A DNA stretch of 64,000 nt from a virus: the IMG/VR virus record IMGVR_UViG_3300043409_000956, positions 29,093 to 93,092 of that record; one strand, given 5' to 3'. A program made the position numbers and the translations under genes. This document shows positions 34,106-43,310 of the stretch, in pieces. Positions within the stretch are counted from its first letter, which is position 1. The number at the start of each line of letters is the position of its first letter. A model generated the notes under the pieces. That model had not been told where the DNA came from, did not search any database, and saw only the letters and a program-made list of their open reading frames with translations.

Positions 34106-34610
34106 AGTATATTATACACCAGACGATGTTCGGTATTGGTTACACAACATCATCAGAGACATGACCGCACACAACTGGCGACCCGACTACATTGTGGGCA
34201 TTGGTCGAGGTGGATTGATTCCTGCTACCATGTTGAGTCATTATATGAATGTGCCCATGCAAACACTTGATGTTAGCCTGCGTGACAGCACAGTTGGACC
34301 AACCAGTAACTGCGGCATGGCCGAAGATGCATATGGTGGCGGCCGTGTGTTTCACCGTAAAAATATATTGGTTGTAGATGACATCAACGACTCAGGTGCC
34401 ACACTTGAATGGATCAAAAACGATTGGCCAGCTTCGTGTATGCCCAACGATACTGCGTGGCAAGACATTTGGCACAGCAATGTTCGCTTTGCTGTGATGG
34501 TCAATAATCAGACTAGTGCGTTCAAAGATGCTGACTATGTGGGTGCTCATATTAACAAACTAGAGCAAGATATTTGGTGTGTTTTTCCCTGGGAAGAATG
34601 GTGGAGATAA
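34098..34610 (+). CDS. purine phosphoribosyltransferase (Gpt/Hpt-like)
   Basis: GIGRGGLIPA, ILVVDDINDSGAT PRPP loop, WCVFPWE. Confidence 0.9.
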   Translation: MHKVYYTPDDVRYWLHNIIRDMTAHNWRPDYIVGIGRGGLIPATMLSHYMNVPMQTLDVSLRDSTVGPTSNCGMAEDAYGGGRVFHRKNILVVDDINDSGATLEWIKNDWPASCMPNDTAWQDIWHSNVRFAVMVNNQTSAFKDADYVGAHINKLEQDIWCVFPWEEWWR

Positions 34611-34613
34611 TAC

Positions 34614-35453
34614 ATGGCCGGACATAACGATTGGTACGATGTCAAGTTAGAAAAATTAAGTGACCACAATGAGTTTACTATAAACTTCAATGTGGATAAG
34701 CCAACACAACTAATGTCTTTTCAAGATGCAACTGATTATACTGCCAATTTAATATACCAGCAGAGTAAAAATATCTTTTTGGGACTAAGCGGCGGATTAG
34801 ATAGTGAATTTGTTGCCAATGTATTTGTTAGAAATAATATTCCATTTACTCCTATTATATTAACATTCAATAAAACCAAAGAACATTACTATGCATTAGA
34901 ATGGTGTGAAGTTAATAATATTATTCCAACCATAGTTGATGTGTCCGAAGACGATAAAGATTTTGTTAAGTATGCCAATTGGTTATCCAATTTTACTTCC
35001 ACCCAAGTTCATTCAATGTCTATGACTTGTTACATGTCAAGGATTGTAAAAAAACACGGAGGGAAACTAATACATGCAGATCCAACTTTGGTAAAAATTA
35101 CCAATGGATTTTATGATCCGGTGACTGACCAATTGGAAATCTCTTGGTACGAATTTCTATTAGAACTGGTCTATCCAGCAGAACATGTAGGTGGTTTCTT
35201 TTTCCATACGCCGGAGTTGGCACTTGCGTATGCAACAGAATTAGATACTTCGTTAAGCAACAATAGAGCAAAAACTAAGTTATATAAAAATGTTGCTTAT
35301 CGTCCTAAAAATTGGCCGCCGGTTGTTCCCATCAACGATATGTTAAAACGTAAAATTAAATTTCAGTATCACAAACCGTTGGTCACAGTCAATTGTGAAT
35401 GGACAAAAGAAAAATTCATTATGCTCTTGACAGACCTAAATAATAATGTATAA
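34614..35453 (+). CDS. PP-loop (SGGxDS) protein
   Basis: LGLSGGLDSE; no QueC Zn-cysteine cluster. Confidence 0.65.
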   Translation: MAGHNDWYDVKLEKLSDHNEFTINFNVDKPTQLMSFQDATDYTANLIYQQSKNIFLGLSGGLDSEFVANVFVRNNIPFTPIILTFNKTKEHYYALEWCEVNNIIPTIVDVSEDDKDFVKYANWLSNFTSTQVHSMSMTCYMSRIVKKHGGKLIHADPTLVKITNGFYDPVTDQLEISWYEFLLELVYPAEHVGGFFFHTPELALAYATELDTSLSNNRAKTKLYKNVAYRPKNWPPVVPINDMLKRKIKFQYHKPLVTVNCEWTKEKFIMLLTDLNNNV

Positions 35454-35459
35454 TAAATA
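35427..35459 (+). promoter_or_regulatory. sigma70 promoter plus TAAATA motifs upstream of queD
   Basis: TTGACA-16bp-TATAAT, CTAAATA in spacer, TAAATA at 35454. Confidence 0.65.
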
Positions 35460-35526
35460 CATAGCGGTCTTGGACATCATTCCCGCTTTACAAACTCTGC
35501 TGTCTATGCTAAAATTAACATAGGAG
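35460..35526 (+). ncRNA. preQ1-I-like riboswitch candidate
   Basis: P1 AGCGG/CCGCT, loop UC...C, UUACAAAC tail, SD-sequestering hairpin CTATG/CATAG; upstream of queD. Confidence 0.6.
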
Positions 35527-35533
35527 AAACAGC

Positions 35534-36040
35534 ATGACAACATCGAATCCCGTAGTTTACAAGTACACCAGTACCAAAGAGTATCACGACGCATTTCCGT
35601 GCGCCTACAGACAGTGGAGGAGCGATAGCCATTGTAATTTAATACACGGATATTCATTCAGTATGAAGTTCTATTTTGGAACCGACGAACTGGATGTGCG
35701 TAACTGGGCCGCCGATTATGGTGGACTCAAAGAACTCAAGAAGACCTTAGAAGATCAATTCGATCACACACTTATTGTGGCAGCGGATGATCCTGAAATG
35801 GCAACATTCAAACTGTTACAAGAGCGCAACATGGCCAAGGTTGTTGTGTTACCCCGACTGGGCTGTGAAGGACTCAGTGACATGCTGTACAAGTATGTGA
35901 ATGGTGTTTACATTCCCGAAATGTGGGGTCCAGGTGAAGCCGCACGTTTATGGTGCTATCGTGTGGAAGTACGTGAGACACAAGCCAACATGGCTTTCCG
36001 TGAAGGTCACCGTGAATGGAATGAAGACCTATTTGCATAA
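35534..36040 (+). CDS. queD: 6-carboxy-5,6,7,8-tetrahydropterin synthase
   Basis: HCNLIHGYS, DYGGLK..K..L...FDH, GCE, VEVRET. Confidence 0.9.
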   Translation: MTTSNPVVYKYTSTKEYHDAFPCAYRQWRSDSHCNLIHGYSFSMKFYFGTDELDVRNWAADYGGLKELKKTLEDQFDHTLIVAADDPEMATFKLLQERNMAKVVVLPRLGCEGLSDMLYKYVNGVYIPEMWGPGEAARLWCYRVEVRETQANMAFREGHREWNEDLFA

Positions 36041-36194
36041 ATTTTGGCGCCTTTGGGCTAAAGCATTAGGTGAAAAAGCAGGCAGTTCGGACGCAGAAGC
36101 GGACCGTATTGCTTGCATTCGTACTGTGATTGTGTTAACATACGTTGTAACCAATTGCTTTATCATTGCAGGGGTTATTAGACATTGGAACTAA
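36021..36194 (+). CDS. small membrane protein
   Basis: WRLWAKALGEK...AD.IA.IRT..+TM+IIAGVIRHW; ATG 36021. Confidence 0.7.
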   Translation: MKTYLHKFWRLWAKALGEKAGSSDAEADRIACIRTVIVLTYVVTNCFIIAGVIRHWN

Positions 36195-36196
36195 AC

Positions 36197-36484
36197 ATGA
36201 ACTCAAAAGAAAATGAAATTCTGCTAATTACCCAAGAGGAATGTGCAGAAGTAACGCAAGCCATTAGCAAATGCTATCGCTTTGGACTTGACAATTTCAA
36301 GCCCGGAAAACCCAAAACAAATAGAGATCACTTAGCAGAAGAACTAGGCGATCTGCAGGCCATGATTGATTTATGTATTCAGTTTAATCTTGTAACAGGT
36401 GAGCAAATACAAGATGCCGCAGACAACAAAATTGCCAAACTACATCAATGGTCAAGTATTTTTAAAGAAGAAGTAAATGAGTAA
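36197..36484 (+). CDS. MazG-like NTP pyrophosphohydrolase
   Basis: QEECAEV.QAISK...EELGDL. Confidence 0.8.
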   Translation: MNSKENEILLITQEECAEVTQAISKCYRFGLDNFKPGKPKTNRDHLAEELGDLQAMIDLCIQFNLVTGEQIQDAADNKIAKLHQWSSIFKEEVNE

Positions 36485-37328
36485 ACTCAAAGTAGCAGAA
36501 TTATTTTATTCAATACAAGGCGAAGGACGCTACATGGGTGTGCCCAGTGTGTTCTTGCGTGTGTTTGGATGTAACTTTAAATGTGCCGGATTTGGCATGC
36601 CTCAAGGAGAACTCAGCAATGAAGCTATCAATATTGACCCTACTGACTACACCGACTACAAATCCCTTCCTCTTGTGTCTACAGGTTGTGACAGTTACGC
36701 TAGTTGGGATCCTCGCTTTAAGCATCTATCTCCCGTTATTGATACTGATGCGATTGCCCTTGCTATTGTGGATACGCTACCGCACAAGGAATGGCGCGAC
36801 GAACATTTAGTTATTACTGGAGGTGAGCCACTACTAGGTTGGCAACGAGCTTATCCTGATTTATTAGATCATCCCAAGATGGCAGGACTAAAAGAGATTA
36901 CATTTGAGACAAACGGCACTCAACCCTTTGATCCAAAGTTTAGACAGTATCTGTTGAACTGGAGTTTGGGTAATAAGGAGCGTGGACGCAATGCATTAAC
37001 ATTCAGTGTAAGTGCCAAACTTCCTTGTAGTGGCGAGCGGTGGGAAGAAGCAATATGCCCAGAAGTAGTGTGTTCATACGAAGAAGTTGGTTATACTTAC
37101 TTGAAACTGGTGGTGGCAACAGAACAGGATATAACAGATGCAGAACGAGCAGTTGAAGAATATCGTACAGCAGGGTTTATGGGTCCTGTGTATGTCATGC
37201 CTGTTGGTGGTGTTGAGCGGGTGTATACCCTTAACAATCGTGCAGTAGCAGAAATGGCAATGCGAAAAGGTTGGCGGTACAGTGATAGACTACAAGTGCC
37301 ACTCTTTAAAAACGAATGGGGAACCTGA
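36477..37328 (+). CDS. queE: 7-carboxy-7-deazaguanine synthase (radical SAM)
   Basis: ELFYSIQGEG, FLR..GCNFKC...GCDS, ITGGEP, FETNGT, RLQV. Confidence 0.9.
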   Translation: MSKLKVAELFYSIQGEGRYMGVPSVFLRVFGCNFKCAGFGMPQGELSNEAINIDPTDYTDYKSLPLVSTGCDSYASWDPRFKHLSPVIDTDAIALAIVDTLPHKEWRDEHLVITGGEPLLGWQRAYPDLLDHPKMAGLKEITFETNGTQPFDPKFRQYLLNWSLGNKERGRNALTFSVSAKLPCSGERWEEAICPEVVCSYEEVGYTYLKLVVATEQDITDAERAVEEYRTAGFMGPVYVMPVGGVERVYTLNNRAVAEMAMRKGWRYSDRLQVPLFKNEWGT

Positions 37329-37580
37329 GTGATGGGCTCGGGTTATTACGGTAAACTAGCAATGTCCTGGAACCGCGACGATTGGTTTTATCGCAAATGC
37401 ATTGGATGGCGGCTAAGTTTTGCTGTTTGGCCCAGACGTTGCGATATCACCAACCGTGTTATATGGCTCAAGTTTGGATATCGTGGTACTGCTGTATTAA
37501 CAGGGCCCGGAGATAGTATAGTAGAACATCGTTGGCATGATAAGATGGAACATCTTATTTGGAAAATTAAAGGCTATTAA
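37329..37580 (+). CDS. hypothetical protein
   Basis: Trp-rich small ORF in operon; start uncertain. Confidence 0.6.
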   Translation: MMGSGYYGKLAMSWNRDDWFYRKCIGWRLSFAVWPRRCDITNRVIWLKFGYRGTAVLTGPGDSIVEHRWHDKMEHLIWKIKGY

Positions 37581-37581
37581 T

Positions 37582-38145
37582 ATGATTTATCATAAACCAA
37601 TTCATCTCAATGGCTGGGAAGAAGCTAATAAATCATTTATGGAATATGTTTCTGCTAACACAAAGTTCATGAAAACCGACTACTTTTGGAATATTATAAG
37701 GCCTGAGTTGCATAAACCTTGTTACGATTTGTATTCTCCTATTTTTAAAGAAGCTGGATTTAATCTACTAAGAATATCATTACTAATAGTCAACAAAAGA
37801 ACCAGATCAAACATACATCAAGACGAAGATTATATCAACGGATACCCTACTAGAATGTCTAGAATAAATATCCCAATTCTTAATTGTGACTCTTCAGTGA
37901 CGAAATTTTATAGTTCGATTAAATGGAATCCTATTATAAAAACTCACATAAACGGTATTAAATACACATATCACCATCCAGATGATTGCAAACTTGAATC
38001 TAGTGTTACCTTATCAAGCCCAATGATATTACGTGTAAGAGAACTACACAATGTATCCATGCTAAAGGGTGTATATCCGAGACTTGCTATATCGTGCGCT
38101 GTGGATCCAGATCCAATATATCTATTAGAGGAACAACATGACTGA
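37582..38145 (+). CDS. putative 2OG-Fe(II)/cupin-like protein, resembles 11638-12267
   Basis: IHQD, RINIPILN, LHNV....R. Confidence 0.55.
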   Translation: MIYHKPIHLNGWEEANKSFMEYVSANTKFMKTDYFWNIIRPELHKPCYDLYSPIFKEAGFNLLRISLLIVNKRTRSNIHQDEDYINGYPTRMSRINIPILNCDSSVTKFYSSIKWNPIIKTHINGIKYTYHHPDDCKLESSVTLSSPMILRVRELHNVSMLKGVYPRLAISCAVDPDPIYLLEEQHD

Positions 38146-38524
38146 AAAGAAAACACCGGTAAAGAAAACAGTGGCAAAAAAACCTGCTGAAACAAAATTA
38201 CGAGTTACTGCCAAAGGTAAGACACCCAAAGACGTTGCCACAGAACGAGGTGAACCTTGGGTCAGTGTGTTGAATGTAGAACTTGATCCCGACAACATCG
38301 GCAATGGTGCATTTGAACTAGATTGGAATGACAAGTTTATTGCCAATTTGGTACGTGCAGGTTACCAAGGTAAAACAGACAGTGACATGGTAGACCAATG
38401 GTTCCAAAGTGTTTGTCGTAATATTCTAGCAGAAAACTATGAACAATGGGCGGCCAATCAACCCAATGGTGGACGTACTGTACAACAACAAGATCTAGGC
38501 AACGGCAAAACTTCAGTGAGTTAA
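38138..38524 (+). CDS. hypothetical phage protein
   Basis: GEPWVSVL...GAFELDWND.F...L..AGY; GAGG RBS. Confidence 0.75.
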   Translation: MTEKKTPVKKTVAKKPAETKLRVTAKGKTPKDVATERGEPWVSVLNVELDPDNIGNGAFELDWNDKFIANLVRAGYQGKTDSDMVDQWFQSVCRNILAENYEQWAANQPNGGRTVQQQDLGNGKTSVS

Positions 38525-38992
38525 ATGACCGACGAACTGAACAGCGCCAAAGGTCGAGACAGCTTTGACATTGTTACTGGCAATACTGTAGTTAACTTTT
38601 TCAATAGAAATATAACACCCTATGCCACCAGTACACTGGGTCCTAAGTTTGATCTTGTACCTGTAGAAAAGCAAAAAGATCTAATGATCAATCATGCTAG
38701 GATGTATGCCCAGCAAGAGTATGATCGTATCATGGAACTTGTGTCGGTGTTACAACGACAGGCAGACGATATCAAACGCAGATTAGATGTTGCAGATGCT
38801 GTGCATGCCGCTGAGTATCAGTTCCAAGTTGTAATGGGCAACCTATACTGGTTGGTATGGGACGTTAGGAAACAAAAAACACTGCTGGTCATGACTGGCC
38901 CCGCAGACTGGAACACCGGAGCTCCAGACAGTTACGAATACTTAATGCAGGTCAAGTACATGGGCGACCACACTTGGATGGAAATCAAATGA
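38525..38992 (+). CDS. DUF2452-like protein
   Basis: Coiled coil then VHAAEYQFQVVMGNLYWL...D.TW. Confidence 0.65.
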   Translation: MTDELNSAKGRDSFDIVTGNTVVNFFNRNITPYATSTLGPKFDLVPVEKQKDLMINHARMYAQQEYDRIMELVSVLQRQADDIKRRLDVADAVHAAEYQFQVVMGNLYWLVWDVRKQKTLLVMTGPADWNTGAPDSYEYLMQVKYMGDHTWMEIK

Positions 38993-39726
38993 TCTTGTAC
39001 ATCAATGGTGACAGTCACAGCACAGGTGCCGATGCTGTAGTTCCTTATAGTTTTGCTAACGATAGCGATCGTCATTATGCTACACCACATAGGCATGCCC
39101 ATGCACAAAATTTAGCGGCTTCATTTGGTGTTGTTGCCGCGCATCAATTGGGTTGGTCGTGGATCAACCAGGCTGAAAGTGGTGGGTGCAATGATCGTAT
39201 CATACGCACCACAGAAATCTTTTTAGAAACATCTAAAATTGAAGATTTGTTTATCCTGATAGGTTGGACAACTTGGGAACGAGAAGAATGGTTGCACAAT
39301 GATATTTACTATCAAGTAAATGCCAGCGGCAGGGACCAGGTTCCCCCGGAATTACGGGATAAATATAAACAGTGGGTTGTAGCCCAGGATGATTTCGAAA
39401 GAGAACGTAAGATGCTGGCCTGGCATGAACGTATACACCAATTCCATATGAGCCTTAGGTCTCGTGGTATTAGGCATTTATTTTTCAACACCTACTCAGA
39501 TTTTGCACCAATTGGTCGTAACCAAATTACCACCAATCAGGGTAATCCGGGCCCATTTGATTGGCACAACTGCTACATAGATCCGTATGACCAGGATCAA
39601 ACCTACTACTACTGGCTTCGAAATGCAGGATTCCAACCGGTATCAGACGGAAACTATCATTATGGTAAGGAAGCTCATGCAAAATGGGCAGAATACTTGG
39701 TTACACATTTGACTCAATTAGAATAA
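38989..39726 (+). CDS. SGNH/GDSL-like hydrolase-fold protein
   Basis: NGDSHSTG, GGCN.RI.R, IGWT...R.E, HYG..AH..WA. Confidence 0.7.
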   Translation: MILYINGDSHSTGADAVVPYSFANDSDRHYATPHRHAHAQNLAASFGVVAAHQLGWSWINQAESGGCNDRIIRTTEIFLETSKIEDLFILIGWTTWEREEWLHNDIYYQVNASGRDQVPPELRDKYKQWVVAQDDFERERKMLAWHERIHQFHMSLRSRGIRHLFFNTYSDFAPIGRNQITTNQGNPGPFDWHNCYIDPYDQDQTYYYWLRNAGFQPVSDGNYHYGKEAHAKWAEYLVTHLTQLE

Positions 39727-39737
39727 TATGCTATTAT
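39709..39737 (+). promoter_or_regulatory. sigma70-type promoter for rnh
   Basis: TTGACT-17bp-TATTAT. Confidence 0.5.
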
Positions 39738-39743
39738 AACTAC

Positions 39744-40733
39744 ATGAAATATCTTATCGTAGACACCGCAAATACTTTCTTCCGTGCTCGTCATGCGGCA
39801 CATCGGCAGAGTGACACTTGGGATAGACTTGGGTTTGCAATCCATGTCACACTGAGTAGTGTGGCAAAAGCATTTCGCGATCAGCGGGCTGATCATGTCA
39901 TATTCTGTTTAGAAGGTCGTTCATGGCGTAAGGATTATTATGAGCCGTACAAGAAAAACCGAGCAGTCGCCCGTGCGGCGCTCACAGAAAAAGAGCAAGA
40001 AGAAGATCAACTATTTTGGGACGCTTTTGATGAACTCAAAACGTTCCTGTACGAAAAGTCCAATTGTACTGTTCTCCAGCACAGTCAACTCGAAGCGGAT
40101 GACTTGGTGGCAGGATGGATTCAAGCACACCCTGGAGATGAACATATAATTGTGAGTTCAGACACAGATTTCTATCAACTGCTGGCCAACAATGTTAAAC
40201 AATACAACGGAATATCAGATGAGCTCCATACCACCAAGGGCATCTTTGACAAGAAAGGTGCCCCAGTCAAAGATAAAAAAACTAAAGAAGCAAAAACTAT
40301 TCCAGACCCTAAATGGATACTGTTCGAAAAGTGTATGCGTGGAGACCCCACTGACAACATCTTCTCGGCATTCCCTGGTGTCCGCACTAAGGGCTCTTCG
40401 AAAAGAATTGGACTCGAGGAAGCCTTCCAAGACCGTGAAAATAAAGGTTTCTCTTGGAACAATATGATGTTGCAACGTTGGGTAGACCACAATGGTGCAG
40501 AACATCGTGTGTTGGATGATTATGAACGCAATCGTGTGTTGGTGGATCTCTCTGCACAGCCCGATGCCATCAAACAGATCATTGCAGAAACCATTGCCAC
40601 AAATAGTGTAGTAAAGGCGATACCGCAGATTGGTACTCTGTTCTTAAAGTTCTGTGGCAAGTATGATTTGAAACGCATCAGCGAACAGGCACAGACGCAT
40701 GTGGACTTTTTGTCTAGGAGTTATCCCGAATGA
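39744..40733 (+). CDS. rnh: RNase H / 5'-3' flap exonuclease (T4 Rnh-like)
   Basis: IVDTAN, SWRK..Y..YK.NR, EADD, SSDTDF.QL, GD.TDNI. Confidence 0.92.
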   Translation: MKYLIVDTANTFFRARHAAHRQSDTWDRLGFAIHVTLSSVAKAFRDQRADHVIFCLEGRSWRKDYYEPYKKNRAVARAALTEKEQEEDQLFWDAFDELKTFLYEKSNCTVLQHSQLEADDLVAGWIQAHPGDEHIIVSSDTDFYQLLANNVKQYNGISDELHTTKGIFDKKGAPVKDKKTKEAKTIPDPKWILFEKCMRGDPTDNIFSAFPGVRTKGSSKRIGLEEAFQDRENKGFSWNNMMLQRWVDHNGAEHRVLDDYERNRVLVDLSAQPDAIKQIIAETIATNSVVKAIPQIGTLFLKFCGKYDLKRISEQAQTHVDFLSRSYPE

Positions 40734-40948
40734 ACGAGCGTGTACAAGCTCTTGCTGACCTGGCCAAACAAAGTGTGCCACAAGGTATACTTGATGTAGA
40801 CAAATGGATTGAAACTTATAACAAAGAGTTTGCTAGATTGATTGTGTTGGAATGTGCAGATGTTGCCTACAAGTTTGATGAGTTGACTTTAGGGCAAGGA
40901 TATACAGTTGCCAAACATATCAAGAAACATTTCGGAGTTGACGAATGA
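40730..40948 (+). CDS. hypothetical phage protein
   Basis: MNER...EFARLIV.EC...IKKHFGV. Confidence 0.7.
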   Translation: MNERVQALADLAKQSVPQGILDVDKWIETYNKEFARLIVLECADVAYKFDELTLGQGYTVAKHIKKHFGVDE

Positions 40949-41439
40949 AACAAGAACTAGACGAACTACTTTGTACTAAGTATCCCAAGATGATGGTAAA
41001 TCGCAACAAGGATATGAAAGAAACTTGTATGTGCTGGGGCTTTGAATGTGGAGATGGTTGGTTCAATATTATTGATCAACTCATGGGCAATATACAACAT
41101 CACATTGATTGGAAAGAAAAAAAACGTGATTGGGCTATTAGATTTAACAGTACTGCCGCACCAGAAGATATGCGACCAGTCCCAGACTCCATTCATCAAG
41201 TTACCTTAGACCAAGTCAAAGAGAAGTTTGGTACGCTAAGGTTCTACTACACAGGTGGTGACGAATACATCAGCGGACTTGTTAGCATGGCAGAAAGCAT
41301 GAGTGGTATCACTTGTGAATCGTGTGGTAACCCCGGTAAGAGTACGGGTGGTGGTTGGATTACTACCTTGTGCAAAGAACATGCAGAAGCTCGTAGGATT
41401 TATATTGGCAATGAAGAAGATGAAACTGTCAAAGATTAG
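40945..41439 (+). CDS. hypothetical phage protein with C-terminal Zn-binding motif
   Basis: ECGDGW, QVKEKFGTLRFY, CESCG.PG...GWI.TLC..H. Confidence 0.8.
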   Translation: MKQELDELLCTKYPKMMVNRNKDMKETCMCWGFECGDGWFNIIDQLMGNIQHHIDWKEKKRDWAIRFNSTAAPEDMRPVPDSIHQVTLDQVKEKFGTLRFYYTGGDEYISGLVSMAESMSGITCESCGNPGKSTGGGWITTLCKEHAEARRIYIGNEEDETVKD

Positions 41440-41479
41440 ATAGAGAAATAAAATAACAACTAACATAGAAAGTATATAC

Positions 41480-42511
41480 ATGACACAAAAAATATTTAAT
41501 TCCAAATATCCGATTCTAGAAGCTTGTATGAATCGTGGTTCGACTTTAGAATTAGCTCTGGCAGTACATCGCGCTGGTGCATACCCGAGCTTATGTTCTT
41601 GGACTTATCTGGAAGTTCCCAGACATGTTTCCGAAAATATGCAGGCGTTAAAAAATGATCTCGTTTCTTTTATTGAAATAACTAAATCAAATAATATACA
41701 CATAAGTTTTGAGTTAGACGAATTTGCCCTTGACCCTAATTTAGGTGCATTCGATCGAGAGTTATTCAGAAGAAACATTAGAATTTGCCATGACATGATC
41801 AGGGAGTTTGCAATCCCCACCGTGGAAATAATATACGGAAACTCAAATTCTCCCAGACCATATCGACAGATTCGTCCGGATACCGCAGGGCGTTTGATAG
41901 AATTAACACAGCCGTTGCATGAAATGGGCACCAAAGTTTTTAACAGAACATACGATCCTGTGGACGAAGAAACTAGAAAAAAATATTTCTTCGACGGCTT
42001 CTGCGTCAAAGGCATTGACTCGTCGGGATTCGGCGGAACAAAACACACAGTAAAAGAATTATTCTTATTACAAAAAGAACTAACTCCTGATGCGTTGATT
42101 ATTCCATACGGCGGTATTGGTACAGCGGCACAGGTCAAAGAATATTTTGATCTAGGAGCAGATATGGTGGGGGTGGGCAGTGTATTGGCTTTTAGTAAAG
42201 AAAGCACTATCGGCGACGCAACCAAGCAATCAGTGGTTTCTTCAACTAAAGATAAATTACAAAAATTTGAACATACATTTAGGATTGGCAATAATATAGT
42301 CAAACGCAAACAATCTATGTTACCATTGGAAAATCAATATCAAGGCCCTGATGATTTTAATCATACAAAAAGCCTTATAACTGGTTTGTATAATCCATCC
42401 GATGATAATACTGGCCATGTGTATATAGGACATGCCATTGATCATATCAACGAAGTACTTCCAGTTGATGAAATTATTCAAAATTTAATGTCGGACATGG
42501 TTGACAAATAA
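41480..42511 (+). CDS. nitronate monooxygenase / FMN TIM-barrel oxidoreductase-like
   Basis: KYPILEACM, LALAV..AGA, KG..S.G..G, IPYGGIGT, LGADMVGVGS, IGHAI..I.E. Confidence 0.75.
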   Translation: MTQKIFNSKYPILEACMNRGSTLELALAVHRAGAYPSLCSWTYLEVPRHVSENMQALKNDLVSFIEITKSNNIHISFELDEFALDPNLGAFDRELFRRNIRICHDMIREFAIPTVEIIYGNSNSPRPYRQIRPDTAGRLIELTQPLHEMGTKVFNRTYDPVDEETRKKYFFDGFCVKGIDSSGFGGTKHTVKELFLLQKELTPDALIIPYGGIGTAAQVKEYFDLGADMVGVGSVLAFSKESTIGDATKQSVVSSTKDKLQKFEHTFRIGNNIVKRKQSMLPLENQYQGPDDFNHTKSLITGLYNPSDDNTGHVYIGHAIDHINEVLPVDEIIQNLMSDMVDK

Positions 42512-42596
42512 TCCTGGTAAGAGTACAGGTGGTGGTTGGATTAAAACAGTATGTGAAGCCCATAGTGGCAGAAAGAACAATGATGAAAACAGTTAA
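42510..42596 (+). pseudogene. orphan duplicate 3' end of gene 40945-41439
   Basis: NPGKSTGGGWIKTVCEAH..., 32/35 nt identical to 41328-41362. Confidence 0.75.
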
Positions 42597-42744
42597 AGAA
42601 ATATTATCAATTGCTATTTTAATAATGTCTACAATTATGGTTGTAGCAACTTGGGATCAGCTAGGTAACACAGGATGGCTAATTGCTGTAGTGGGATGGC
42701 TTGAAATTGTAGTAAATCAACGCAAGGAAACAAACAAACAATGA
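42580..42744 (+). CDS. small two-TM membrane protein
   Basis: Hydrophobic segments; ATG 42580/42583. Confidence 0.55.
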   Translation: MMKTVKEILSIAILIMSTIMVVATWDQLGNTGWLIAVVGWLEIVVNQRKETNKQ

Positions 42745-43304
42745 TCTCTCTTAAACAATTTATGGAAACTGTCAACTACCGGATTACCGAAGGTAGTGAG
42801 TATGGATGGCAATGCTACGGATCTAGTGCCTATATGTTGGATTCATGGAATGGTGAGCCAGATGGTCACAGTTTTACCATTGTATTTGATACTGGTACAC
42901 AGACCGTATGCGAAGTGCAAGCACACGACTACCTACATCAACGAGCATATCGTTTGATCAATGCAGACTATGCCAAAGCCAACAAAAAAGAAGCCAAGCG
43001 TCGTGGTGTTAGTCGTCGAGAAGCATGGGACGATGTTGACTATGTTGATCTAGAAACAGATGCGGACTGGTTGGACAAAGCCCAGGCCATTGCTCGTGGA
43101 GAGGACTACGATAGTCGTGTAGATGTTCCATTGGATTTAGAGGATGAGTTGGTGTTTGAAATGATGAAGCAAGCACATGACCGCGACATCACTCTTAACC
43201 AATATGTTGAACTGATACTAAAACAAGCAATGGATAAACCACAAGACACAGACAGCGTTGAAGAGCGTCTATGGAAACAGTCCTTGGAAAAAATCGACAA
43301 CTAA
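42741..43304 (+). CDS. hypothetical phage protein with C-terminal ribbon-helix-helix-like segment
   Basis: YRITEGSEYGW.CYG; AHDRDITLNQYVE.IL. Confidence 0.75.
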   Translation: MISLKQFMETVNYRITEGSEYGWQCYGSSAYMLDSWNGEPDGHSFTIVFDTGTQTVCEVQAHDYLHQRAYRLINADYAKANKKEAKRRGVSRREAWDDVDYVDLETDADWLDKAQAIARGEDYDSRVDVPLDLEDELVFEMMKQAHDRDITLNQYVELILKQAMDKPQDTDSVEERLWKQSLEKIDN

Positions 43305-43310
43305 TCTTGT

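Noticed and set aside
34614-35453. Calling this (or 12929-14110) queC
   Set aside because: Only the SGGxDS loop matches; the QueC C-terminal Zn-binding cysteines and other motifs are absent
41605-42309. 234-aa minus-strand ORF
   Set aside because: Antisense shadow of the oxidoreductase gene; no RBS or motifs recognised
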